A DNA stretch of 64,000 bases from Laetmonice hystrix (GCA_965235115.1 OZ249436.1:22260001-22324000), one strand, 5' to 3'. Positions 39,996-52,803 are shown, counted from the stretch's first letter. Numbers and translations: made by a program. The notes: generated by a model not told the origin, from the letters alone.

Positions 39996-40462
39996 AGCAA
40001 AGATTGACCACATACAAGTTTCGATGATGACTGACTCTCTACTCTGTATTATTGTCGGCAAAGATTGATCACATACAAGTTTCGATGATGACTGACTCTC
40101 TACTCTGTATTATTACCATCTGCTCCGTGTTTCACTCGGCAAAGATTGACCACATACAAGTTTCGATGATGACTGACTCTCTACTCTGTATTATTACCAT
40201 CTGCTCCGTGTTTCACTCGGCAAAGATTGACCACATACAAGTTTCAATGATGACTGACTCTCTACTCTGTATTATTACCATCTGCTCCGTGTTTCACTCG
40301 GCAAAGATTGACCACATACAAGTTTCGATGATGACTGACTCTCTACTCTGTATTATTACCATCTGCTCCGTGTTTCACTCGGCAAAGATTGACCACATAC
40401 AAGTTTCGATGATGACTGACTCTCTACTCTGTATTATTACCATCTGCTCCGTGTTTCGCTCG
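39996..40462. repeat. Tandem repeat, 81-bp unit, ~5.5 copies
   Basis: GCAAAGATTGACCACATACAAGTTTCGATGATGACTGACTCTCTACTCTGTATTATTACCATCTGCTCCGTGTTTCACTCG repeated. Confidence 0.96.
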
Positions 40463-42041
40463 TGAAACGCCATCCTAACCGATTTACTCTCACCTGTTCA
40501 TCAGGCACGTGAATTATCGGACGGAAAAAGTGTATCCATTTTATAATCGGTGTCACTTGCCGACATCAAAGGCAGGCCGCTGTGTTCGTTGACAGGTGAA
40601 CAGAAGAGGACTGGACACTTAGGATGTGGTTATCAAGAATAAGACAAAGCCACCAAAAGGGACTGGGAGCGTGTGTGCCGTTCACCAGCACACAGCACCG
40701 ACTTTGGCCGTCTCTCGGATGAGCTGTCTTGGTAAGATCAACTTACCTAATTAGTCCCAGATCCCGCCACCAAACCTGTGCCACTACACGGGGGTGCTCT
40801 ATGGAGACGGTTTGAGAGACAAAGGCAGGACAGGGGATGAGTCCGGGCCCCCTAGAGGGTAGCTCAGAGGGGTAGAAGTCCCACCCCTGTAGTTCAGGTA
40901 ACCGGCCAAGTAGCCGCTATTGTGCCCACAGAGCGCCGGGACCCTCCGCCCACCCTACCGGTCCCGCAGGATCGTGCACCATGTCTGTCCATCGTGCCTG
41001 TACTCGTACAATACAAGTATTGTTCCTCAACACACCCATCTAATCTTCTAGCGTCGCTTTAATCCTCAACTGACGATGCAATCATTTCGCCATTGTGGCC
41101 GTTGAGTGCCGTCGCTGCTGCTCTGAGTCTTGCCTTCCACACAGAAATGATGCCTTTTTCCCCTGATGACGTTTGCTGTTAGGAGAAACTTGACAAGCTA
41201 ATCTAGCAACTTCAAAGGATGTCGCAATGGCATTTACAGCCAAAATGTAATCATGTACTTCATTGAAAAATACTTACTTTATCCAAAGGCAACGAGCACT
41301 ATAATTTCCTGATAGATGTCGAACGCACACACTGTGACACACAAAATCACTTTTCCATTTTCTAATATCTCTGACTTTTCTCTTATCAGTTTTTCCTTTC
41401 TCTGTTTTTGTGGGGTTGGAGATGAGGTGGGCTGGGGGCGTATCCCAGCCACTCCGTACTAAAAGCTCCTATGTTTTACGCCTCAAGGTATTATAAATAT
41501 TCGATCCACATGACTAGTAGTCTATCTAACCTTATAGATATGACATGCACCCGGCGCAGTCTCTCAAAACGTATAGGTTTCACACAAGGGCCAGAGTGGA
41601 AGATTCGATTTCACTGGGCAGAGAATGACTGTCGTTGTTTGAGTAATAAATCACGATGCTTACATTAAGATGTTCCTAAGTGCCTTGGTAGATGGCACAA
41701 CTGATAAAACAACACTGCGTCTCTGTATGATATGCTGGTGATTTAGTGAACACCTAAAGTTCTACAGACAGCTAGATTTGCTCCCACGTCTAAGATATGA
41801 CGTTACCATTATTATAACGGTTCCACGACTTTCCACTATCTCTGGCAATATATTACATCTCTGGTCTCATGTCTCACACCAGAGTTGTCGGGTCGACAGT
41901 AGTGACACCTAGCTGCAGCCATGTACACGACCCCCGCCCTGGCTCTCCCAACTCTCTACGACTGTCTCTCATCAAACTGTCTGACGTACACTAAAATACC
42001 AAAAAGCATAATGATATCCTTGTTTTGATAATCGGGATTGT

Positions 42042-42372
42042 ATCAGAAACTTTGGTCGTAGACCTCTCTCCGCGCAATGACTGCACGAAAAGTCAGCCTG
42101 ACTGAGCCTACTGTGGACATCTAAACGACATGCTTGTGACGTTTGACGTCATCATCAGAAACTTTGGTCGTAGACCTCTCTCCGCGCAATGACTGCACGA
42201 AAAGTCAGCCTGACTGTGCCTACTGTGGACATCTAAACGACATGCTTGTGAAGTTTGACGTCATCATCAGAAACTTTGGTCGTAGACCTCTCTCCGCGCA
42301 ATGACTGCACGAAAAGTCAGCCTGACTGAGCCTACTGTGGACATCTAAACGACATGCTTGTGAAGTTTGATG
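42042..42372. repeat. Tandem repeat, 112-bp unit, 3 copies
   Basis: ATCAGAAACTTTGGTCGTAGACC... begins at 42042, 42154 and 42266. Confidence 0.95.
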
Positions 42373-42977
42373 TCCTAATGAAACATCGGTAACCGTAAAA
42401 TAATGGGCAAACTTCCCCTCGAGATATTGTGAAAAGTAATTTGGGTCACTGGGAAAATTATAGGTCAAGGTGCCCTAGTTTTAAATCTCCTGGCTATGAA
42501 AACTGCAAGATCGGTCGTTTGGTCGGCGTCAGTATTCCATGCTTTCCTTCAGCTTTCAGGAAGACGAAGGAAGAAAACTGGACAAAAGGTTGTTTTTTTT
42601 CTAAATCTAAAAACCCAGTTTCCTCTGGGGCAATCATCCATACTTCATTTACATAGCATGTGATTAATATTACACAAATCAAACAGTGTACATTATTTCA
42701 CATATTCCAATCGAGACCATACAACATTTCATTAACGGGTCTTCTGTCCAACAACCCAATTACTCCTCCGATTACATGATAATCACATATCTTTTAAAGA
42801 GCTCGGATAATGCTGAAATAAAAACAGGGACAAATTTCTTCAAACTTTGCTGAGTCACACATTCTATGAGAGGCAGTTCAAGGTTCCACCAGCATTGCTT
42901 TAACAACCCCACACGACCAAAAAAAACACATTTAGTTTCCAGCAGTACCGCCAGTATAAGGAAGACGTTGCACTTAC

Positions 42978-43041
42978 CGAGAACTTTAGATTTCTTGCCA
43001 CTCGTAGTGCTAGGTCGGGTCTGGGCCTCCAACTGCTTCTC
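42978..43041 (-). CDS. Putative internal coding exon (64 bp), probably exon 2 of the minus-strand gene
   Basis: Minus strand: ...acgttgtttcag|GAGAAG...GTTCTCG|gtaagt, a strong acceptor and consensus donor. Open in phase 2 (RSSWRPRPDLALRVARNLKFS, compatible with the upstream exon) and in phase 0 (EKQLEAQTRPSTTSGKKSKVL). Confidence 0.6.
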
Positions 43042-44336
43042 CTGAAACAACGTAACGTAGACAGTAGGTTAGACTTGGGATCCGAGCAGGTGGTGTAGTA
43101 CAAGTGTAGTAATCAGTACACGTAGTACGGATGTAGTAAGTAGTACAGGTGGTGTGGTAGAGGTGTAGGGATGGCGGGCAGGACGAGACCAGAGGTAGTG
43201 AGCACGGGTAAGCCGACCGTTAATCCCTTAGTGTGGAGGATAATCCCTGAGGTCAGGTGGGGTCAGCCAGCCTGCCAGTCGGACACCTGCTGACCTCGGT
43301 GTCCCAGAATGATCCAGGGTCGGGGGTATGGATGGAGGGGGGGCACAGACCCCCACCCCCACCGGTCCAACATGGCACTGAAGAACTCCAGAACTCCGCC
43401 GAGATGATGGCGATCCGTAACTCGGCCATGGGTAACTCCACGCTTACTCCATAGGTCACCATCGTGGACCCATTCTCAGATTATAACATGAATGATTCAA
43501 ATCACAGGTCATGGTGGCGATAGATAACACACAGCTGACCGCAATGACCACTGGTCAGTCGTCTATAATACCAGGATGGGCAGGCCCAGAACTGACCATC
43601 TCCACCGGGCCCCGCAGACCAATGTGCCGGGCCAACTCTGGAAGACAGTGCCAGATGTGGCTGCCTACCTACCACTGCACCATCATGTGAAATGTGTCTA
43701 ATGTTTTCTGCACGCCTAATGCCATTCGGGCTCAAGTGCTGCTAAAAGCCTCAATGCAAGGATCACTCATCACAGGCCAATTTCTGTGTACTTTAATGGA
43801 CTTCATAAATGCCAGATCCTTCGGTGGCTGTGCCGGGCTACTGAGAAGACTGCTTAGAGGCAGCCTCAGGGTGACAACACGGCACGGACACTAAAAGCTT
43901 CTCACTGGCCGATACATTACAAGCCTCTAAGACCACATTCCCCCTCCCCACCCACCCACTATCTCTCTACCTAGCCCCATTACGCCTTAAGTCTCGCCAC
44001 ATTATAGATGTTAGCAGCTTTTAAGCAGCTTGCCTTCTTTACCAAGAGGAAATGACCTGGCACAATGACCTAGCCTATATCGACGTCTTTGGGGATGGCA
44101 GGCGTCAATGGCACTTTGGGTTGTCAATCAGGAAGCTAATGTTAATGAACCATAAGTGATGCAAGTCATATACACTCAAGGCGGCCGATGGCGCGAGGGG
44201 ATTTCTGGGCCGACTAGTCTGCATGCTCCTCGGCTGGATCGTGAGGAGATTTGAAAGGTGCCGTTACCGAGTCTCTCCCGTCTGTACGGGTCGATACGGC
44301 ACCGAGCGCATCTACACCGCCGCCGACAGGGGCCAC

Positions 44337-45859
44337 AGGGCCCATCACTGGGCTACAGTCTGAGCTCACAGACACGGGACCCATCACTGGGCTACAGTCT
44401 GAGCTCACAGACACGGGACCCATCACTGGGCTACAGTCTGAGCTCCCAGACACGGGACCCATCACCGGGCTACAGTCTGAGCTCACAGACACGGGACCCA
44501 TCAACGGGCTACAGTCTGAGCTCACAGACACGGGACTCATCACCGGGCTACAGTCTGAGCTCACAGACACGGGACCCATCACCGGGCTACAGTCTGAGCT
44601 CACAGACACGGGACCCATCACTGGGCTACAGTCTGAGCTCACAGACACGGGACCCATCACCGGGCTACAGTCTGAGCTCACAGACACGGGACCCATCACC
44701 GGGCTACAGTCTGAGCTCACAGACACGGGACCCATCACCGGGCTACAGTCTGAGCTCACAGACACGGGACCCATCACTGGGCTACAGTCTGAGCTCACAG
44801 ACACGGGACCCATCACTGGGCTACAGTCTGAGCTCACAGACACGGGACCCATCACCGGGCTACAGTCTGAGCTCACAGACACGGGACCCATCACTGGGCT
44901 ACAGTCTGAGCTCACAGACACGGGACCCATCACTGGGCTACAGCCTCAGCTCACAGACACGGGACCCATCACCGGGCTACAGTCTGAGCTCCCAGACACG
45001 GGACCCATCACAGGGCTACAGTCTGAGCTCACAGACACGGGACCCACCACCGGGCTACAGTCTGAGCTCACAGACACGAGACCCATCACTGGGCTACAGT
45101 CTGAGCTCACAGACACGGGACCCATCACCGGGCTACAGTCTCAGCTCACAGACACGGGACCCATCACCGGGCTACAGTCTCAGCTCACAGACACGGGACC
45201 CATCACTGGGCTACAGTCTGAGCTCACAGACACGGGACCCATCACTGGGCTACAGCCTCAGCTCACAGACACGGGACCCACCAATGGCCTACAGTCTGAG
45301 CTCACAGACACGGGACCCATCACCGGGCTACAGTCTGAGCTCACAGACACGGGACCCATTACTGGCATACAGTCTCAGCCCTCAGACACGGGACCCACCA
45401 CCGGGCTACAGTCTGAGCTCACAGACACGGGACCCACCACCGGGCTACAGTCTGAGCTCACAGACACGGGACCCACCACCGGGCTACAGTCTGAGCTCAC
45501 AGACACGGGACCCATCACTGGCCTACAGTCTGAGCTCACAGACACGGGACCCATCACTGGCCTACAGTCTCAGCCCTCAGACACGGGACCCATTACTCGC
45601 CTCCAGTCTGAGCTCCCAGACACGGGACCCATGACTGGCCTACAGTCTCAGCCCTCAGACACGGGACCCATTACTCGCCTACAGTCTCAGCCCTCAGACA
45701 CGGGACCCATTACTCGCCTACAGTCTCAGCTCCCAGACACGGGACCCATCACCGGGCTACAGTCTGAGCTCCCAGACACGGGACCCATTACTCGCCTACA
45801 GTCTCAGCCCTCAGACACGGGACCCATTACTCGCCTACAGTCTCAGCCCTCAGACACGG
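44337..45859. repeat. Minisatellite, 39-bp unit, ~39 copies, no indels
   Basis: GGGACCCATCACCGGGCTACAGTCTGAGCTCACAGACAC; gives the 564- and 458-aa repeat ORFs. Confidence 0.97.
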
Positions 45860-47641
45860 AGAGAGCGAAACGAGGCCATCAGAGAAACCCTTCACAGCGT
45901 ACTAGTTGGATGGATCATTCGGGGCTTCTCTTACCACAGAAATAAACTCTTCCCTTTTCATTACAAACCTTAATTAATTTGGTAAAGACATTAATATGAT
46001 TATTCTTTACTCAACCATATTAAGGTTGTCAGATGACCGTATTTGAGTTTTCTGTTCTAAAACAGGTAATAATTTAGTAATATATCATTCAAGTTCTTTT
46101 CATTTTGGTGCAAATGTAGCCTTTTCATCTCTCACCTCCCCTATAAAATTTACATAAAGTGAACGGTTTACTTAGTTTAACGCAAAAACCATATCATCAT
46201 ACATTGTTTTAGTCTGGTGGCAAGAATATCTGAGATGAACATCTCTTCAAGGTTTAAAAGAAAGAAATGTTCTAAGTTTTAAAACATTTGACCAAAATAA
46301 GCAGCGTTACAATTTCAGATTTGCCTCACATACGAGGTTCTGTATAGGTGCATGGGTACCGTCGATTCCAGGCATCCTAGAAATATAAGGGGTGGGTCTT
46401 TTTCCTGGTCCTTGTGGCCGAATGATAAAGGCCAGACCACGGCAGTATGCTGGGTGATGGGTGGGTACGCCTAGGTGTGCACCGAGTGGGGGTGGGGTGG
46501 GGGAGGCGTGGAGAGGGCTGGGGTCGCGAGCCTCAGCCATCTCAAGAGGCGAGCTTCGAGAGCTGGGCTTTCCTAATGGATCTTCCATGTTCTCGTAGTG
46601 GCGCTCGATGGTGGTGGTGGTGGCGGTGGTGGTGGATGCGGCGGTGCGGTGGTGGCCGTACGTACGTGACGCACAGATATAGAAGGAGGGGGGAAAGCAT
46701 GGCGGTGACGGTGCCCACATCAACTGTCAAGCCTCATCCTATCCTGGCTCTCCAAGGACAACGATCCATCCCCCTCTCCCTCCCGAATACACCAGACCCA
46801 TCACTCCCCGACTGCATGCATTAACACCATTAACGCACAGCTTCATTTCAACCTGCATATTTCAACATTTGCCGAGCTGCTGCGCATTACATTTTTACTT
46901 CGTGAAAAATGTTGTTGGAACCGATACAATGGGACAGCGAGATTAATTGTGACAGTCTCTTCGCTGCCGTCATACACTGGGGTTCCTGGAAAAGTAGAGC
47001 ATCCATTGACAAACTTGCGTGCATTCATAGAGCGACATGATTCGTACTTTAGAGAAGAGTTAATTGTCACATTGGCCCAGGTCTGTCTCACAATTTTACC
47101 TGCGTTACCTGCTTCCTATTTGTCCTTTCACCATTCAAGATTACCCCTTTCCCACAGCGATATAAATGACCTAAAAGTTTATATATTAGTATTGATATAT
47201 AAGTTATGTCGACAATTGCTGAGAGCATGTGACAGGGATTGTTCACAAATACATTCTGAATAATAATAAGGTTTTGGTGTGAAAGAAAACATAATCATGT
47301 TTTCCAAACTCTCCCCAACATTACATATTGGCGAAATGATAAATGTGTAAATATATTCACCAAATTCTTATCACAGTACAGCTATGCAGTTGGCAGTATC
47401 TCATCTGATTATTTAAATCTGAAGGCAATAATTAAGATTTGACTCATTATTGTCAAGCTAATTCTATCGCGGATTTCAACGTATACATAGAGGCTGCGAG
47501 CAGACGTATATTGGTATCACTATGTAACATATACCGGGACATATTAGTATACTGTTATAAAGGAGTTATCTTATCACGTTATATATAACATTATACAATA
47601 GAAAGTCTCTAATGTAGGTCCACCTATCACAAGACGTGTAC

Positions 47642-47799
47642 CTTGACACGATATTTATATCAAGAATCTTGTAGTTGAATGGCGTCTTCTCTGTAACAAT
47701 CCTACTCTGGGTTTCTATGGTGACGACGTGCGACCAAAGGATCAATTCTTGTGCCAGAACAAATACAAATACAAAGTTCAAATACAACACTTCCGCCAT
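47642..47799 (-). CDS. Putative first coding exon of a secreted or membrane protein of unknown identity
   Basis: gtcATGGCGG start; encodes MAEVLYLNFVFVFVLAQELILWSHVVTIETQSRIVTEKTPFNYKILDINIVS plus AG|gtacac donor (52 codons + 2 nt); hydrophobic N-terminus; phase matches the 43-kb exon. The donor is non-consensus beyond GTA. Confidence 0.5.
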
Positions 47800-48030
47800 G
47801 ACGTTCTGCTTCACAACATGGACGCAACACTTAAACAGTTTTTTTTTCTCCTTCCTATTTCTGTTCCAATTTCCATTGAGATTTTTTCTATGTAAACTAT
47901 CCCCTGGCGAGGTGGTGTTTGGGAGGGGGACTATAAGTAGGCGTACTGTTAGCACTGGAGCGTCTGTCTAATAAACGGGAAGTGGTTGAGATTTGGTCAC
48001 ACTATATACGCAACATGGCACCTGAGACAT
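47700..48030 (-). promoter_or_regulatory. Putative promoter region (ETS, YY1-like and RFX X-box motifs)
   Basis: ACTTCCGCCAT overlapping the start codon, CGGGAAGTG at ~47976, AACATGGC at ~48012, X-box-like GTCACCATAGAAAC (minus strand, 47711-47724). Confidence 0.4.
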
Positions 48031-49267
48031 GGTGCCACCACATCAGTGGGATCCTTCCGACTCATCTCTGAAACTGAGGGACAATGGGTGAGGACAATGG
48101 GAGCGGGCAGACAATAGCTGCGGGGTGTCATGTTAAGACTTCCGTCTCATTGTGGCAGCATGTCTTGTGTGTTTGGGGCCGGCGTGAGGCCCGCCGCCGC
48201 CACCACCGTGCCTGCCAGCCACTGTGTGTCCACCGGGTGGAGAGAGGGACGGGTAGGGAAGGTATAACCTCCGCAGGGAGACCAGCCCGCTTGTACGTCC
48301 GGACAGGCTCCTTCCGCCCGCACTAGTCCAAGGCCATAGCTCCTTCCGCCGTCACCAGTCCAAGGCCACGGCAGGAACGGGAAACCTGGTCTTAAAAATA
48401 TGGATTAACCCTCCAGTGACTTTTGTACGTCATGTCATGATAATTAAAGCGTTGTAAACTTGGCCACCGCCGGTTCCCGGCCAGAGTGAAATTAACATTA
48501 ATTGGCTAGGCGGGGAGGCGGGGAGGCGGGGAGGCGGGGGGGGGGGGGGCTGGTTTCCTAGCTGGTTGTCCCTCAACTGTTCCTCCAAATAACAGTGGTT
48601 TGCTACCCTTGTCCTGGAACAACCTCAGGCTCTCACCATTCCTCACGATGACATCCTCTAGGATTATATACTTAGTCATTCATACGAATGCTACAATGCA
48701 CGGAACAGCACCGCAGACAATCTGAGCTGTCCTGTAATCAGTAACAGTCCATTATAGAGAACGGTTTTAACACAGTTCATGGACAGTGGTGTCACGAGGG
48801 GAAAAAATCAACACCCCACGGCTCTTCTTTACTTAGAATAGTCAACTCTTCTCAGGCCAGCTTCCCCTATTACGGCTCAGGTTCAAGGCTTTCAACTACC
48901 GATCGTAAAAACCATGCAGTACAATCATACGACTCTAGTATAGTTGGGTACAACGTATAACGGCAAAAAAACAGACACACTTGAAAGAAATAGGCCTAAT
49001 TGAAAAAGATTATAAATAATTAAAAATATATATTTAAAATGACATGACCCGAAGGCATCCTGTGCGATCAGAAAGTTATTGGAGCTGGGAAAAATTATTA
49101 ATATCCTTATGTTTAATGAGGGACGTATGTTTGATAAGGCGGGAAAGCACAGGGCGATATGGAGGTGGGCTGACAGTGGCTGCAGGTCTAGGATCTCAAA
49201 CCAGCGCCCACCCAGGGACACACACGGTGTTTGGGTGCCGAGGTGGGCAGGAGCCAGCTGAGACTTG

Positions 49268-49281
49268 CCGCCAGGGGGCAC
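49268..49281 (+). promoter_or_regulatory. CTCF-like motif
   Basis: CCGCCAGGGGGCAC fits the CTCF core; sequence match only. Confidence 0.35.
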
Positions 49282-49640
49282 TGATAACAGCGTCGTCAGA
49301 CCCCATGGGGACATTGTTCAGTGGCAGTCTGCCGCACTCCCTGGTCAGTGTCCGTTTGGAGGACACAACTGGACCACTGACTCCGGACGTGGTGGGAGCC
49401 TTCGGTCATGTAAGGCGGCTCCTGATTGGACGACTCTAAGACACGTACACTGTCATTAACACGCTCTGACGTACTAATGGCCACCGGGAGCAGCTATTAT
49501 GACAGATAATTAATGCGTGTCGCATTTTCTCTGGTCCCTCGAGGGGCACAACGGCAGAGAAAGTTTGTATCTGGCGGCATCACATACTGAGATACCGGTA
49601 CGGACTTCTCGCCTTCCTCTGGTTGTTCACACCAAACACT

Positions 49641-50848
49641 GAGTCCCTAGGCGGGGGAGGGAGGGAAGACGTGAACATACAGGACGGCACCGAGTCCCTA
49701 GGCTGGGGAGGGAGGGAAGACGTGAACATACAGGACGGCACCGAATCCCTAGGCGGGGGAGGGAGGGAAGACGTGAACATACAGGACGGCACCGAGTCCC
49801 TAGGCGGGGGAGGGAGGGAAGACGTGAACATACAGGACGGCACCGAGTCCCTAGGCGGGGGAGGGAGGGAAGACGTGAACATACAGGACGGCACCGAGTC
49901 CCTAGGCGGGGGAGGGAGGGAAGACGTGAACATACAGGACGGCACCGAGTGACAGGGGAGGGAGGGAAGACGTGCATACAGGACGGCACCGAGTCCCTAG
50001 GCGGGGGAGGGAGGGAAGACGTGAACAGGACGGCACCGAGTGACAGGGGAGGGAGGGAAGACGTGAACAGGACGGCACCGAGTGACAGGGGAGGGAGGGA
50101 AGACGTGAACAGGACGGCACCGAGTCCCTAGGCGGGGGAGGGAGGGAAGACGTGAACATACAGGACGGCACCGAGTCCCTAGGCGGGGGAGGGAGGGAAG
50201 ACGTGAACAGGACGGCACCGAGTGACAGGGGAGGGAGGGAAGACGTGCATACAGGACAGCACCGAGTCCCTAGGCGGGGGAGGGAGGGAAGACGTGAACA
50301 GGACGGCACCGAGTGACAGGGGAGGGAGGGAAGACGTGAACAGGACGGCACCGAGTGACAGGGGAGGGAGGGAAGACGTGAACAGGACGGCACCGAGTCC
50401 CTAGGCGGGGGAGGGAGGGAAGACGTGAACAGGACGGCACCGAGTGACAGGGGAGGGAGGGAAGACGTGAACATACAGGACGGCACCGAGTGACAGGGGA
50501 GGGAGGGAAGACGTGAACAGGACGGCACCGAGTGACAGGGGAGGGAGGGAAGACGTGAACAGGACGGCACCGAGTGTCAGGGGAGGGAGGGAAGACGTGA
50601 ACAGGACGGCACCGAGTCCCTAGGCGGGGGAGGGAGGGAAGACGTGAACAGGACGGCACCAAGTCCCTAGGCGGGGGAGGGAGGGAAGACGTGAACAGGA
50701 CGGCACCAAGTCTCTAGGCGGGGGAGGGAGGGAAGACGTGAACAGGACGGCACCGAGTGACAGGGGAGGGAGGGAAGACGTGAACAGGACGGCACCAAGT
50801 CCCTAGGCGGGGGAGGGAGGGAAGACGTGAACAGGACGGCACCGAGTG
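49641..50848. repeat. Purine-rich minisatellite, 51-bp unit with 47/45/41-bp variants
   Basis: GAGTCCCTAGGCGGGGGAGGGAGGGAAGACGTGAACATACAGGACGGCACC with swappable modules. Confidence 0.96.
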
Positions 50849-51250
50849 GCAGACATACACAGAACAGTGTTGTCTCCTTCCCTTGGCATGTACAGTATCG
50901 TAGGGTGGACGCCACATTCCAAGGTTGTCTACTGGTCCCAGTCTGCCATGTCGGTTGTAATTGGTCCAGACAGTCCACCTATAGCCATGGCAACACGAGG
51001 CCATGTCGGCCGTGTTACTACACCCCGGCTACATCCCTGGTGGCCAGATAAGCCTAATCCGTGGGCAGACAAGTGTCGGCGGGGGGATGGTCTGTTTATT
51101 TGTGGGGATCATCCCCAGCTGTGGCAGGCCGACGGGTGGGGGTGGGGTACGAAGGGCTGGGTGTGGTGGTGGTGGTGGTGGGGGGGGGGGGTACGGAGGG
51201 CTGAGGGGGGGGGGCATCTTATTACACACGCACACACTGCATTCGTTCCT

Positions 51251-51384
51251 CACATACATCGCCTGTCACTCTCCGGGCCGCTGCCACATACATCGCCTGT
51301 CACTCTCCGGGCCGCTGCCACATACATCGCCTGTCACTCTCCGGGCCGCTGCCACATACATCGCCTGTCACTCTCCGGACCGCT
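51251..51384. repeat. Tandem repeat, 34-bp unit, 4 copies
   Basis: CACATACATCGCCTGTCACTCTCCGGGCCGCTGC repeated. Confidence 0.93.
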
Positions 51385-51521
51385 GTCTCATTCACCCCTG
51401 TTATAAAGTACGCCTTGAACTAACCATCCAAACTATAGGTTGGGAGTTATCATCTACGATTGTGAAAACTATTCGCATTTTGTATCTTTGAGATTGAGTC
51501 AACCTGGCCATTGAAAAGATA

Positions 51522-51910
51522 CAAGACCTTGGATGCCCTATACAATGGACCACTAAAAATGCCGTGTGGGTCCGACCTCAACGGACCATGCCAGATCACT
51601 TGAGGTAAAAGAAACTAGTGCCAAGTGAAACGCCATCACTTCCCATCTATAACTAGTAGTTATTATATTGTTATCTTTGACAGTTCTCAGTGTCACTCAT
51701 GTTGTCCCTCATCAGCCTCAATCAAGCTTGAAGGAAATTCAGACGGTTTTGTCCGAGTTATTGCTCCAAATGCAGTTACATCCAAGATGGCCACCAAGCG
51801 GCCATTTTGAATGATATCAAAAATCTTTATGACGTACATCATCGTAATGCCGCCCCTGATCATTTCAAGTGTCAACGAAGTTGGTCCTCCTGATCCTAAC
51901 CTAGAGCCGG
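51522..51910 (+). mobile_element. Second, diverged copy of the Helentron/HINE-like family
   Basis: GTTTTGTCCGAGTTATTGCTCCAAATG...CCAAGCGGCCATTTTGAATGATATCAAAAATCT..TGACGTACATCATC aligns by eye with ~11178-11275; boundaries uncertain. Confidence 0.55.
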
Positions 51911-52293
51911 TGATACCGGAAGCGAAAGCTCCCCTCCCTCTAGGACCGTTCCGTCGGTTTAAGTCCAAACATCACCGAACCTCCAGCGGAATAATTCCGT
52001 TATCATGGCGGCAAAAATGTTCTGATGTAAGGCTTACGTGTTAAATCTCGTCTATCTTTCTCCTCCAGCAGTATAACATTTCTTCGACAAGCTCAAGGCA
52101 TCTGGAATAGCCTGATATCTGAACACTATACCCCATACCTCACCACTAACTCATAAAAAATCTATCGTAGGAATAACGCCCACCTCAAAAGTCATGAATG
52201 TGTATCTCCGGGCTTTGAAACGTGGCTTTACTCTTATCATGTACATTCATCTAAAAAATATCAAGTTTTGAAGTCCTTACTCCTCCCTATTAA

Positions 52294-52803
52294 AGGAAAT
52301 CTGTCCGAAAATTGAAATAAATGCAGTCAATTCAACAAAACTTGAGTAAAAACAATAATTTTAAGGGGTTTCTAGCAGTCTGGTACCATGGCGCGTCCAT
52401 ATCGACAATATTTTTAATTAATTAATTAAGCATTTACCTATTTGGCTAGAGACGAGAGCACCCGAATCAAATCATGCCCTTATTTGGATTATGGAGGGAG
52501 GGCGGGCGGAACAGTGCGAGGCAACGCATGCGCCCAATCCCGTTGCTTAGTAACAACCGCCCTAACAATGCTAACGCGGTCATGGCGGTCGTTCTGGGTT
52601 CTCAGTCCAGTGAGATGAAAAATAGGGATGTATCGCCTCATTATGGCTCATAATCAACAAGAGACCTAGCACAACAATATTATGGATACGACAGGATGTT
52701 TTATCAGTCCAGTGGGATAGATTCAAGATCAGGTAAGCTTGAAATACGCGGATTCGTAGGGGATGGGAACAAAACTCGGCGGCCGTAGGGTGACCGATTA
52801 CCT
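52294..52803. mobile_element. Kolobok-like non-autonomous element (510 bp)
   Basis: TTAA|AGGAAATCTGTC ... GACCGATTACCT|TTAA: TTAA TSD with AGG/CCT termini (not the CCC of piggyBac); 10/12 TIR match. Confidence 0.65.

Noticed and set aside
40052..40465. 137-aa ORF with repeated hydrophobic segments
   Set aside because: Exact translation of the 81-bp tandem repeat, with a non-ATG start and no splice support.
41278..41308. Candidate exon 3 on the minus strand (cag|GAAATTATA...AAA|gtaagt)
   Set aside because: Contains a stop in the required phase-0 frame; weak acceptor.
48010..48095. Head-to-head partner gene start on the plus strand
   Set aside because: The best-context ATG stops after 18 codons, the alternative ATG gives an unremarkable peptide, and no downstream plus-strand exons were found.
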